NCBI GenBank assembly: GCA_050122475.1
Contig: JASFIV010000001.1
Location: 30,637 to 94,636, forward strand
Origin: Desulfobacterales bacterium
GTDB lineage: Bacteria; Desulfobacterota; Desulfobacteria; Desulfobacterales; JAHEIW01
Length of the DNA: 64,000 nucleotides
Direction: 5' to 3'
In this document: one piece after another, positions 1 through 8,668 of the stretch
How the letters are laid out: the number at the start of each line of letters is the position of its first letter
Numbering within the stretch: position 1 is the stretch's first letter
Notes under the pieces: generated by a model
Seen by the model: only the letters and a program-made list of their open reading frames with translations
Database searches by the model: none
Told to the model about the DNA's origin: nothing
Made by a program: the position numbers and the translations under genes

Positions 1-444
1 AACACCGAGAGTAACTTGAATAATAATGTGGGTGTGACCAACTACCAGGAGCTGGGTGAAAATATCATCCTCGGAACCGACGGAATGCACAGCGATATGC
101 TGCGAAGCGCCAAAGCCGCCTTTTTGAACGGTCAGGCAACAGAAGGTCTGGGTATGGACACGGTTTACAGCCGTTTCCGCAAGGTGCACGAATATATCCG
201 GAAAAATGGATTTAACGGCGACGGTGAAAATAATCTGGTCATTTTAGATTATGATTCCCCGACGGATATCAATGCCGGTAATTTTTTAGGGCACTTTGTC
301 TATGGAATCGATGCCCGCCATGTGGATTGCGTTATCGCCGGCGGCAGGCTGATCGTTGAAAATAGAAGGCTGCTGACAGCTGATGAAGGCGAGATCTTGG
401 CATTCTCACGCGAAATGGGCCGAAAGCTGTGGGAAAAATTGTAG
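1..444 (+). CDS. Amidohydrolase-superfamily protein, C-terminal fragment (SsnA-like putative aminohydrolase); 5' end outside window
   Basis: Frame 1 is open from base 1 to TAG at 442-444. It contains the GTDGMHSD motif typical of metal-dependent amidohydrolases. It lies directly upstream of ygeW/ygfK homologues, which recalls the E. coli ssnA neighbourhood. Confidence 0.7.
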   Translation, partial: NTESNLNNNVGVTNYQELGENIILGTDGMHSDMLRSAKAAFLNGQATEGLGMDTVYSRFRKVHEYIRKNGFNGDGENNLVILDYDSPTDINAGNFLGHFVYGIDARHVDCVIAGGRLIVENRRLLTADEGEILAFSREMGRKLWEKL

Positions 445-556
445 ATTGAATATTGAAAATTGAATATTTGTCGCTGTCGCTTCGCTCCGTCTAATTTATA
501 ATGGATGCGCCGGAGACGCACCTTAAATATTCAATATTCAATTTACAATATTCAAT
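445..556. repeat. Word-repeat palindromic element, ATTGAATATT family, copy 1
   Basis: Left arm is attgaatattgaaaattgaatattt. Right arm is aaatattcaatattcaatttacaatattcaat, its approximate reverse complement. The GC-rich core is gtcgct..gcgccggagacgc. The element ends 8 nt before the GGAGG Shine-Dalgarno of the next gene. Confidence 0.85.
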
Positions 557-578
557 AGCATGTGGAGGATTAAAACGA

Positions 579-1775
579 ATGGATAAAGCCGAATTATCAA
601 AGCACATCAAATCCCTGGCGAAGTTGAGTACCGTTGCGATGGTTGACAATGATTTTCTGCTGACCTGGGATAAATCTGAAGATGAAATAGCCGCCACGCT
701 GCAGACAGCGGAAATATTGCGCGCTCTGCGCCAGAACAATATATCCAGCCGTGTATTTGAAACCGGGTTGGCCATTTCCATATTCAGAGACCAATCCACC
801 CGAACCCGTTTTAGTTTTGCCAGTGCCTGCAATTTACTCGGACTGGCCATCCAGGAGCTTGATGAGGAAAAATCACAGGTTGCCCACGGAGAAACCGTAA
901 GGGAAACTGCCAATATGATTTCCTTTCTAACGGAGGTTATTGGTATCCGGGACGACATTTATATCGGAGAGGGCCACACCTATATGTTAGAAGTGGCCCG
1001 GGCGGTGAGCCAGGGACACCAGGAGGGTGTGTTGCCCCAGCGGCCCACATTGGTCAACCTGCAATGCGATATCGATCATCCTACGCAGACGATGTCCGAT
1101 GCCCTCCATCTAATCCATTATTTTGGCGGCGTTCAAGAGCTTAAGGGCAAGAAAATCGCCATGTCCTGGGCTTACTCGCCCTCCTACGGTAAGCCGCTGT
1201 CGGTTCCCCAGGGCATTATCGGGCTGATGACCCGCTTCGGAATGGACGTTGTGCTGGCTCATCCCGAAGGATACAGCCTGATGCCCGAGGTAGTGGAAGT
1301 TGCACAAAAAAACAGCAAACAATTCGGAGGGTCCTTCAGCCAGGTGACGAGCATGGCGGAGGCCTTTAAAGATGCCGACATCGTTTATCCGAAAAGCTGG
1401 GCACCTTTCAGCGTTATGGAAGAGCGCACCCGCTTTCTGCAGGATGGCGATCGTAAGGGACTCCAGGCGCTTGAAAAACGCTGTTTGGAGATCAACAAAA
1501 ACCATATCGATTGGGAATGCACCGAAAAGCTGATGAAAACCACCCGGCAAGGCCAAGCCCTTTATATGCACTGTTTACCGGCTGACATCAGCGGCGTCAG
1601 TTGCGAGAGCGGTGAAGTGGAGGCTTCGGTATTCGAGCGTTACCGGGTCCCGCAGTACAACCAGGCCGGATATAAACCGTACATTATTGCGGCCATGATT
1701 TTTTTGAGTAAGTTTGAGAATCCAGCGGATAAGTTAAGCGAACTGGTTCACCAGGCCCAACAGAGGATGTATTGA
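579..1775 (+). CDS. ygeW: YgeW-like (knotted) carbamoyltransferase of the aspartate/ornithine carbamoyltransferase family
   Basis: Carries the carbamoyl-phosphate site motifs STRTR, HPTQ and HCLP. The start ATG at 579 is preceded by GGAGG at 564-568. The 398-aa length fits YgeW-type proteins. The ORF-track extension back to 501 runs through the hairpin repeat and is unlikely to be real. Confidence 0.8.
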   Translation: MDKAELSKHIKSLAKLSTVAMVDNDFLLTWDKSEDEIAATLQTAEILRALRQNNISSRVFETGLAISIFRDQSTRTRFSFASACNLLGLAIQELDEEKSQVAHGETVRETANMISFLTEVIGIRDDIYIGEGHTYMLEVARAVSQGHQEGVLPQRPTLVNLQCDIDHPTQTMSDALHLIHYFGGVQELKGKKIAMSWAYSPSYGKPLSVPQGIIGLMTRFGMDVVLAHPEGYSLMPEVVEVAQKNSKQFGGSFSQVTSMAEAFKDADIVYPKSWAPFSVMEERTRFLQDGDRKGLQALEKRCLEINKNHIDWECTEKLMKTTRQGQALYMHCLPADISGVSCESGEVEASVFERYRVPQYNQAGYKPYIIAAMIFLSKFENPADKLSELVHQAQQRMY

Positions 1776-1900
1776 AAATTGAATATTGTATATTGAATAT
1801 TTGTGGAAGTCGCTCCGCTCCTTCATTATTATTTTTTTCTAAAACCGACGCGCCGGAGGCGGACCTCAAATATTCAATATTCAATCGACAATATTCAATC
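1771..1900. repeat. Word-repeat palindromic element, ATTGAATATT family, copy 2
   Basis: Left arm is attgaaaattgaatattgtatattgaatattt and right arm is aaatattcaatattcaatcgacaatattcaat. The core ggaagtcgctccgc..gcgccggaggcggac is related to the copy 1 core. The element ends 2 nt before GGAGGAG. Confidence 0.85.
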
Positions 1901-1913
1901 ACGGAGGAGTTTT

Positions 1914-4900
1914 ATGAGCGACAAATTTAGCTGTTGCCCGATTGACCGTTTACTGCAATGGATTCTGGAAGAAGAAAAGCAGGGTCAGATCTTCGGGATT
2001 CGCAAAGCGCTTTTCTTTGTGCCACAGCCTGACGATGTTTTCAAAATGCAGCGTTACCGTCAGACGCTGGAAACGCCCATCGGGGTGGCCGCCGGTCCGC
2101 ACACCCAGCTCTCCCAGAACATTATCAGTGCCTGGCTGACCGGTGCCCGGTATATTGAGCTCAAAACCATCCAAACGCTGGATGAGCTGGAAGTAACCAA
2201 GCCCTGTATCGACATGACCGATGAGGGCTATAATTGCGAATGGTCCCAGGAGCTCAAGCTGGAGCAGTCCTTTAATGAATATCTGAACGCCTGGATTATC
2301 GCGCACATTCTCAAAGACAAATTCGGCTGGGGCGAACCCGACTCAGCCGGATTTATTTTTAATATGAGCGTCGGCTATAATATGGAGGGCATCCTTAACT
2401 CCAATGTTCAACATTTTCTGGACAAGATGGCGGGCTGTGGCGCAGAAAAAAGCGCCAAGATCGATCGACTGGCCAGATTTTATCCCCGGGTTCGGGATTT
2501 AACCATACCTGATAAACTGACCGATAATATCACCATTTCCACCATGCACGGCTGCCCGCCAGATGAGGTCGAGAAGATCGGCCGCTATTTCATCGAAGAG
2601 CGCCGACTGCACACCACCATCAAGTTAAACCCGACGCTGTTGGGGCCCCAAAAGCTGCGACATATCTTAAACGATACATTGGGGTTTGAGGTGAAAGTGC
2701 CGGATCTGGCTTTTGAGCACGATCTGAAATATGAGGCCGGAGTAGCGTTAATCAAATCGTTGCAGGCCAGCGCCGAAAAAGTCGGCGTTGAATTTAATCT
2801 GAAACTGACCAATACGCTGGAGACAACCAACCGTCATCAAAACCTGCCGGATAACGAGCAAATGGTCTACATGAGCGGGAGGGCGCTGCATCCGATCAGC
2901 ATCCATCTGGCCGCGCGCCTGCAGAATGAAATTAACGGACAGCTGGATATCAGCTTTTCAGCCGGCACCGATTGCTTTAATGTGGCCGATATTTTGGCAT
3001 GTGGTTTGCGGCCGGTCACTGTTTGTTCAGATATACTGAAGCCAGGGGGTTACGGACGACTAAGCCAGTATCTTGAAGAAATTTCAACACGCTTTGCAGA
3101 AGCCGGTGCCGACTCCGTTGATACGTATATTACATCTCGGGCGCAAGCCGGGGATTTGAGGCAGGCGGCTTTGCAAAACCTCAAGACCTATGCGGCGACT
3201 GTGGTTACCGATACGACCTATCAAAAATCGAATTTTCCCTATGAAAATATCAAGACGCCACGGGATCTGACCGCCTTTGACTGTGTCCAAGCACCGTGCG
3301 TGGCCACCTGCCCGGCCAGCCAGGATATTCCGGGCTACATGTACTACACGGCTCTGGGGAATTATCAGAAGGCCATGGATGCCATTTTGGAAACCAACCC
3401 CTTTCCCAATATGCAGGGAATGGTCTGTGATCATCTGTGCCAATACAAATGCATCCGTATGAATTATGACCGTTCTTTGTTGATCCGGGAGATCAAGCGC
3501 TTTGTGGCCCAACAGCAGGATCGCGTCGTTCCCCGTAAACCGGCTGCGCCCAATGGGCTTAAAGTGGGCATTATCGGCGCCGGCCCATCCGGTCTGGCCT
3601 GCGCGTATTTTCTGGTTTTAGATGGTTTTGAAGTCGATATTTACGAAACCAAGGATAAGCCCGGTGGTATGGCAGCCGACGGTATACCCAGCTTTCGTCT
3701 GGATGATGCCAGCCTCAAAAAGGATATCGAGGGCATTGTTGCCCTGGGGGTCAACATTCATTACGGAGCGGCCGTTAATTTGAAACGATTTGAGCAGCTC
3801 AGAAACACCTATCAATACGTGTATATTGCGGTGGGTGCGCAAAGCGGGCTGAATCTGGGTATTCCCGGTGAAGATGCACCGGGGGTATTTGATCAGATCA
3901 GCTTCCTAAAAGCGGTCAACCGCAACCAGGCGCCTGAGCTGGGCAAAAATGTGGTCGTGATCGGTGGCGGCAATTCGGCCATGGATGCTGCGCGCACCGC
4001 CAATCGACTGGTGGGCCCGGATGGGCGGGTCAGTGTTGTTTACCGGCGCACACGGGAAGAAATGCCGGCGGACCAGGAAGAGATAGAGGCCACCGTCGCT
4101 GAAGGCGTCGAATTGATTGAGCTGACGGCGCCGGAGTGTCTTTTGGTGGAAGATGGGCGTGTGAAATCCAATGTCTGCTTCAAGATGGAGCTGGGCGAGA
4201 TCGATGCCAGCGGGCGGCCGCGACCGATAAAAATCGAGGGGACTGAATTTGAAATCCAGGTGGACAACGTGATTTCCGCTATCGGTCAGCGGGTCGAACT
4301 GGATTTTTTTCCGGAAGATGAGATACTGCCAGATCCTGTCACACTTGAAACCCAGCTGCCCAATGTCTTTGCCGGCGGTGATGCCGTGCGCGGTGCCTCC
4401 ACCCTGATCAAAGCTATCGGTGATGGCAAGCGCGTGGCTGAAACCATCAGGCGAAAGGCCGCTGTCGAATTTGCTATTCCAACCGGCTGCAGCGACCGCA
4501 AACTCGATCTGGAAAGCCTGCAAGTTGCCCAGGCCCGGCGCGTGTTCGGCCCGCATGTACCGGAGACCGCTGCCGATCAACGGCATGGTTTTGACCTGGT
4601 GATCCAAACACTGGAGGAAGCATCGGCTCAGCAGGAAGCTCGACGCTGCCTGCAATGCGATCTGCTGTGTAATATCTGCACTACGGTTTGTCCCAATCGG
4701 GCCAATATTGCTTACGCGTTAGATCCGATCGAATATAACGTAAAACAAGTCGTGCGTTCCGATAAAGATGTCCTTATCGAGAACTTAGAAGCGGTAAGCA
4801 TTAACCAGCAGTTTCAGATCATCAACATCGGCGATTTTTGTAACGAGTGCGGCAACTGCACCACCTTTTGTCCGACCAACGGTGCACCATACCGCACAAA

Positions 4901-5201
4901 ACCCAAGTTTTATTTGAGTCCGGATAGCTTTGAAACTGAAAAAAACGGTTATATGTTTGACGATGGTGTTTTAAAAGCCAGAGTTGATGGGCGAGCGGAA
5001 AGCTTAACCCGCCAGGCGGGCCATCTGATTTATGAAACCCCGGACATCAGAGCGCGGTTGAATTTAAAAACGCTCGCGGTTGAAGAAGCATCGTTGCTGA
5101 CTGATGTGGACGGCCCGATCGATCTGCGCCACGCTGCCCGGATGGCCGTTTTATATACGGCCCTGAAAGATCTACCTATATTCAAGCACTCAATTGAGTG
5201 A
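1914..5201 (+). CDS. ygfK: YgfK-like multidomain Fe-S flavoprotein (DHOD/DPD-like barrel, GltD-like FAD/NAD(P) domains, C-terminal 2x[4Fe-4S] ferredoxin)
   Basis: Shows GVAAGPH (DHOD-like), Cys clusters CVATCPASQDIP and CDHLCQYKC, Rossmann motifs GIIGAGPSGLA and VIGGGNSAMD, and C-terminal CLQCDLLCNICTTVCP plus CNECGNCTTFCP. ATG 1914 is preceded by GGAGGAG. The product is about 1095 aa. Confidence 0.8.
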   Translation: MSDKFSCCPIDRLLQWILEEEKQGQIFGIRKALFFVPQPDDVFKMQRYRQTLETPIGVAAGPHTQLSQNIISAWLTGARYIELKTIQTLDELEVTKPCIDMTDEGYNCEWSQELKLEQSFNEYLNAWIIAHILKDKFGWGEPDSAGFIFNMSVGYNMEGILNSNVQHFLDKMAGCGAEKSAKIDRLARFYPRVRDLTIPDKLTDNITISTMHGCPPDEVEKIGRYFIEERRLHTTIKLNPTLLGPQKLRHILNDTLGFEVKVPDLAFEHDLKYEAGVALIKSLQASAEKVGVEFNLKLTNTLETTNRHQNLPDNEQMVYMSGRALHPISIHLAARLQNEINGQLDISFSAGTDCFNVADILACGLRPVTVCSDILKPGGYGRLSQYLEEISTRFAEAGADSVDTYITSRAQAGDLRQAALQNLKTYAATVVTDTTYQKSNFPYENIKTPRDLTAFDCVQAPCVATCPASQDIPGYMYYTALGNYQKAMDAILETNPFPNMQGMVCDHLCQYKCIRMNYDRSLLIREIKRFVAQQQDRVVPRKPAAPNGLKVGIIGAGPSGLACAYFLVLDGFEVDIYETKDKPGGMAADGIPSFRLDDASLKKDIEGIVALGVNIHYGAAVNLKRFEQLRNTYQYVYIAVGAQSGLNLGIPGEDAPGVFDQISFLKAVNRNQAPELGKNVVVIGGGNSAMDAARTANRLVGPDGRVSVVYRRTREEMPADQEEIEATVAEGVELIELTAPECLLVEDGRVKSNVCFKMELGEIDASGRPRPIKIEGTEFEIQVDNVISAIGQRVELDFFPEDEILPDPVTLETQLPNVFAGGDAVRGASTLIKAIGDGKRVAETIRRKAAVEFAIPTGCSDRKLDLESLQVAQARRVFGPHVPETAADQRHGFDLVIQTLEEASAQQEARRCLQCDLLCNICTTVCPNRANIAYALDPIEYNVKQVVRSDKDVLIENLEAVSINQQFQIINIGDFCNECGNCTTFCPTNGAPYRTKPKFYLSPDSFETEKNGYMFDDGVLKARVDGRAESLTRQAGHLIYETPDIRARLNLKTLAVEEASLLTDVDGPIDLRHAARMAVLYTALKDLPIFKHSIE

Positions 5202-5213
5202 AACTCAATTGAG
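5189..5213. promoter_or_regulatory. Two copies of the perfect 10-bp palindrome CTCAATTGAG, 5 nt apart (candidate operator)
   Basis: Copies lie at 5189-5198 and 5204-5213, straddling the ygfK stop codon (5199-5201) and about 140 nt upstream of the next gene. Confidence 0.25.
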
Positions 5214-5216
5214 CAG

Positions 5217-5312
5217 TTATTCGTTATTTGTTATTGGTTATATGGATTCACGATAGCCTGAATTTATGAAAAGCGACGTTCGAAGCCAATAACGAATAAC
5301 AGATAACCAATA
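5217..5312. repeat. Word-repeat hairpin (TTATTCGTTAT / TTGTTATTGG words)
   Basis: Left arm ttattcgttatttgttattggttat (5217-5241) pairs with right arm ccaataacgaataacagataaccaata (5286-5312). About 18 of 21 positions pair in the best register. Confidence 0.8.
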
Positions 5313-5353
5313 CCTTCCAGTCGAACATCTTTGAACTGTGATTGGATTTACCC

Positions 5354-6709
5354 ATGGGCGCTATTTTGCTAAAAAACTGTTTTTACATATTCGTGGCTGC
5401 GGATGAGGAAGCCCGGCGCGGTGAAGATATTCTAATCCGGGATAATCGCATTGCCAAAATTAATGCTGCGATTTCAGATCCGGTTGATCGGGTTATCGAT
5501 TGTTCGACCTGTGTGGTCATACCGGGCTTTGTGAATACGCATCACCACTTTTATCAGACCCTGACGCGCAATCTGCCCGCGGTTCAAAATGCCGAGCTGT
5601 TTGACTGGCTGGTCTATCTGTATGAGATCTGGAAATATCTGGACGAGGAGGCCGTATATTATGCTTCCTTGTTGGCCATGGGGGAGTTGCTCAAGACCGG
5701 GTGCACGTGCTCGACTGATCACCATTATGTATATCCGCAAAATGTCAGCGGGGATTTGATTGGCATTCAATTTAAGGCCGCTGCAAACCTGGGTATGCGG
5801 CTGTCACCGACCCGGGGCTCCATGTCCTTGAGTAAAAAGGACGGGGGACTACCGCCCGACAGTGTCGTGCAGACCGAAGATCAGATTCTTGAAGACAGTG
5901 AACGCGTCATTCAGCAGTATCACGACAAAAGTGAGCTGGCCATGCGCAAAATCATCCTGGCGCCTTGCAGTCCGTTTTCGGTGACCGAAGCGCTGATGAA
6001 GGAGACGGTCAAACTGGGACGCCGCTACAGCGTGTATTTGCATACGCATCTGGCGGAAACCCGCGACGAAAACGAATTCTGCCTTGAAAACTACGGACGC
6101 AAGCCTTTGCAGCTGATGGAGGAATGCGAGTTTATTGGTCGAGACGTATCCTATGCTCATGGCATCCATTTTAACGATCAGGAGCTGCAACGACTGGCGG
6201 ACACCGGCACCCACATCGCGCATTGTCCAACATCCAACATGCGATTGGGATCTGGAATCTGCCGTGTCAAAGAGATGCTGTCACTCGGGATCAACGTAGG
6301 GCTGGCGGTGGATGGCAGCGCTTCCAATGATTCATCCGATATGCTCGGAGAGCTGCGCAATGCCCTGCTGCTGCAGCGGGTTCATTACGGGGCCGCAGCC
6401 CTGTCTACCCTGGATGTGATGAAGATGGGTACGGAAAATGGTGCCCGCCTGCTGGGTTTTGAAAAGGTCGGTAAAATAAAGGAAGGCTGGGCTGCGGATC
6501 TGGCCGTATTTAACGTCGGTAAGCTGGAATACAGCGGGTCGCTGGCCGATCCTCTGGCTGCCATTATTTTCTCCGGTTACAATCATGGCGCCGAATATAC
6601 CATCGTGAATGGCCGAATTACTGTGGAGCAGGGCAGGCTGATCGGATTTGATGAAACGGAGATCATGAACAAGTGCAACGCCATATCAGAGAGAATGCTT
6701 AATGCTTAA
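5354..6709 (+). CDS. Amidohydrolase, 8-oxoguanine/guanine-deaminase-like (chlorohydrolase/cytosine deaminase family)
   Basis: Has the metal-binding NTHHHFYQTLTR motif, HLAET and the VDGSASND motif. It sits in a purine context between ygfK and a nucleobase permease. The start is taken as ATG 5354; the ORF track starts at an alternative codon at 5342. Confidence 0.7.
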   Translation: MGAILLKNCFYIFVAADEEARRGEDILIRDNRIAKINAAISDPVDRVIDCSTCVVIPGFVNTHHHFYQTLTRNLPAVQNAELFDWLVYLYEIWKYLDEEAVYYASLLAMGELLKTGCTCSTDHHYVYPQNVSGDLIGIQFKAAANLGMRLSPTRGSMSLSKKDGGLPPDSVVQTEDQILEDSERVIQQYHDKSELAMRKIILAPCSPFSVTEALMKETVKLGRRYSVYLHTHLAETRDENEFCLENYGRKPLQLMEECEFIGRDVSYAHGIHFNDQELQRLADTGTHIAHCPTSNMRLGSGICRVKEMLSLGINVGLAVDGSASNDSSDMLGELRNALLLQRVHYGAAALSTLDVMKMGTENGARLLGFEKVGKIKEGWAADLAVFNVGKLEYSGSLADPLAAIIFSGYNHGAEYTIVNGRITVEQGRLIGFDETEIMNKCNAISERMLNA

Positions 6710-6726
6710 CGGATGAAATGTTTTTT

Positions 6727-6808
6727 GCCACTAAGACACAAAGTCACAAGGAGAGTTTATATTCATCTGATTATTTATGTTCTTTGTGTTCTTCGTGCTC
6801 TTGGTGCC
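6727..6808. repeat. Word-repeat hairpin (CACAAAG-type words), first of three tandem hairpins
   Basis: gccactaagacacaaagtcacaaggagag pairs with tgttctttgtgttcttcgtgctcttggtgc. Confidence 0.75.
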
Positions 6809-6843
6809 TTTTTGGCTTAAACAAGTGTTTAACAGATTTTTAT

Positions 6844-6929
6844 TTGCCACAAAGACCCAAAGCCACCAAGACTGAATTATATTACTTTATGTTTTGTGCC
6901 CTTCGTGATCTTTGTGTCTTCGTGGTGAA
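6844..6929. repeat. Word-repeat hairpin (CACAAAG/CACGAAG family), second of three
   Basis: ttgccacaaagacccaaagccaccaagac pairs with gttttgtgcccttcgtgatctttgtgtcttcgtggtgaa. The right arm closely resembles the elements at 28.7 kb and 58.5 kb. Confidence 0.75.
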
Positions 6930-6938
6930 TCTTTATTC

Positions 6939-7013
6939 TCTCGCAAAGACGCTAAGGCGCAAAGATTTTCTATTTTTAATATCCCTTTGCGAGCTTGGCG
7001 GCTTAGCGTGAGG
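6939..7013. repeat. Word-repeat hairpin (CGCAAAGA/CGCTAAGG words), third of three
   Basis: ctctcgcaaagacgctaaggcgcaaagat pairs with atccctttgcgagcttggcggcttagcgtgagg. Confidence 0.75.
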
Positions 7014-7048
7014 CTTTGTTTTCCGGTTTAGCCGGGTCAGGAGATGCC

Positions 7049-8464
7049 ATGCAAAATTCAAAGAACGCCGTCGATCCCGCCCTGGAGATTGTTTACGGGC
7101 TGAATGACAGACCCCCTCTGGGCGAAACCCTGTTTGCGGCCCTGCAGCATCTGTTGGCCATCATTGTCGGCATTATGACGCCACCGCTGATCATTGCCAA
7201 TGTGCTGGGATTCTCCCCGGAAATGAAGGCCTATCTGATCAGCATGGCGCTTTTCGTATCCGGCCTGGCCACTTTTATTCAGGTTAAAAGAATCGGACCG
7301 GTTGGATCAGGACTCCTGAGCATTCAGGGGACCAGCTTTGCCTTTTTGGGCGCCATTATTTCCATCGGGCTTGCGGCCAAAAAGTCCGGCGCCTCCCAGG
7401 AGGAGATCCTGTGTATGATTTTAGGTGTATGTTTTGTGGGGTCTTCTATTGAAATGATCTTCAGCCGCTTTATTCCCTTGCTGCGTAAGATCATCACCCC
7501 CTTGGTCAGCGGCATTGTCGTTACCCTGATCGGCCTATCATTGCTTAAGGTCGGTATTACCGATTTTGGCGGCGGCAAATGGCTACTGGACAATAAGCCT
7601 GAATTATTTGCCAGCGGGACCAACATTTTCCTGGGCGCGCTGGTACTGTGTACCATCATTTTTTTAAACCGTAGCCAGAACAAATTTGTTCGCATGAGCG
7701 CCATTGTTATCGGTCTGGTGCTGGGTTATGCTGTGGCCGCCATGCTGGGTAAGGTCAATTTTGCGAGGCTGGGCGACATGAGCTGGCTGGCTGTTCCCCA
7801 TCCGTTTAAATATGGATTTTTTAGTTTTTCGTGGACCGCATTTATTCCAATTGCGCTGCTTTACCTGATTACAACAGTTGAATCCATCGGTGATCTAACC
7901 GCTACTTCGATGGTTTCTAAACAGCCCATTAGCGGGGACCGATATTTTAAAACCATATCCGGCGGGATCCTGGGTGATGGGGTCAACTCGGCCCTGGCAG
8001 CTCTTTTTAATTCTTTTCCAAACACCACCTTCAGTCAGAATAATGGTGTTATTCAGCTTACCGGAGTTGCCAGCCGCAAGGTCGGTTATTTTATTGCTCT
8101 GTTTCTGGTTATCGTCGGCATGTTTCCGGTAGTAGGCGGTATATTCAGCATTATCCCCAATTCCGTGCTGGGCGGAGCCACCATTATTATGTTTGGGACG
8201 GTTGCAGCAGCCGGTATTAAAATCATCGCTTCCAGCGTTATCAATCGCCGCGGTATGCTGATCATGGCCATATCCCTGGGCATGGGTCTGGGCGTTGTTT
8301 TCGTTCCCCAGATACTGGGCAAGTTCCCGGATATCATTCAAAAAATATTTGGTTCGGCCATTACCACCGGCGGCCTGACAGCTATTTTTTTAAATATCGT
8401 ACTGCCGCGCGGGGGCGTGATGGAGGAGCGGGTGAAAGATGAACCCGAACCCACGAGTGTGTAA
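7049..8464 (+). CDS. NCS2-family nucleobase (xanthine/uracil/urate-type) permease
   Basis: A polytopic membrane protein with the NCS2 signature region FSQNNGVIQLTGVASRKVG. ATG 7049 is preceded by AGGAG at 7038-7042. Confidence 0.85.
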   Translation: MQNSKNAVDPALEIVYGLNDRPPLGETLFAALQHLLAIIVGIMTPPLIIANVLGFSPEMKAYLISMALFVSGLATFIQVKRIGPVGSGLLSIQGTSFAFLGAIISIGLAAKKSGASQEEILCMILGVCFVGSSIEMIFSRFIPLLRKIITPLVSGIVVTLIGLSLLKVGITDFGGGKWLLDNKPELFASGTNIFLGALVLCTIIFLNRSQNKFVRMSAIVIGLVLGYAVAAMLGKVNFARLGDMSWLAVPHPFKYGFFSFSWTAFIPIALLYLITTVESIGDLTATSMVSKQPISGDRYFKTISGGILGDGVNSALAALFNSFPNTTFSQNNGVIQLTGVASRKVGYFIALFLVIVGMFPVVGGIFSIIPNSVLGGATIIMFGTVAAAGIKIIASSVINRRGMLIMAISLGMGLGVVFVPQILGKFPDIIQKIFGSAITTGGLTAIFLNIVLPRGGVMEERVKDEPEPTSV

Positions 8465-8470
8465 GAAAAG

Positions 8471-8653
8471 AAATTGAATATTGAAAATTGAATAATGAAT
8501 ATTTTAGGAATGCTATCTTGTATAAAGATGCTTGTCATAAAAATGAAGGGGCGTAGCGACTTCCATAAATGTTCAATTTACAATATTCAATCTTCAATAT
8601 TTTTTTAACGTAGCGTAGCGAATTCAGTAAATAATCAATATTCACTATTCAAT
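8471..8653. repeat. Word-repeat palindromic element, ATTGAATATT family, copy 3
   Basis: Left arm is aaattgaatattgaaaattgaataatgaatattt and right arm is aaatgttcaatttacaatattcaatcttcaatattt, with an extra aataatcaatattcactattcaat. The core agcgacttcc is the inverted version of the copy 2 core ggaagtcgct. The element ends immediately before the AAGGAG Shine-Dalgarno. Confidence 0.85.
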
Positions 8654-8668
8654 AAGGAGTCATTTCCA

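Noticed and set aside
6718-7011. ORFs lying in hairpin-repeat gaps: 6718..7011(+), 300..521(-), 1684..1902(-), 8338..8538(-), 18348..18539(-), 28668..28865(-), 46125..46310(-). Also the N-terminal extensions of 501.., 1803.. and 28735...
   Set aside because: They are created by the repetitive word arms and give periodic peptide sequences such as SIFNLQYSI. They have no SD. The true starts, with good SDs, lie downstream of the repeats.
6710-7048. Purine (guanine/xanthine) riboswitch ahead of the permease or deaminase genes.
   Set aside because: No three-way-junction consensus (UAUA..CUACCGGGCACCGUAAAUGUCCGACUAUG-like) is visible. The gaps are filled by word-repeat hairpins.
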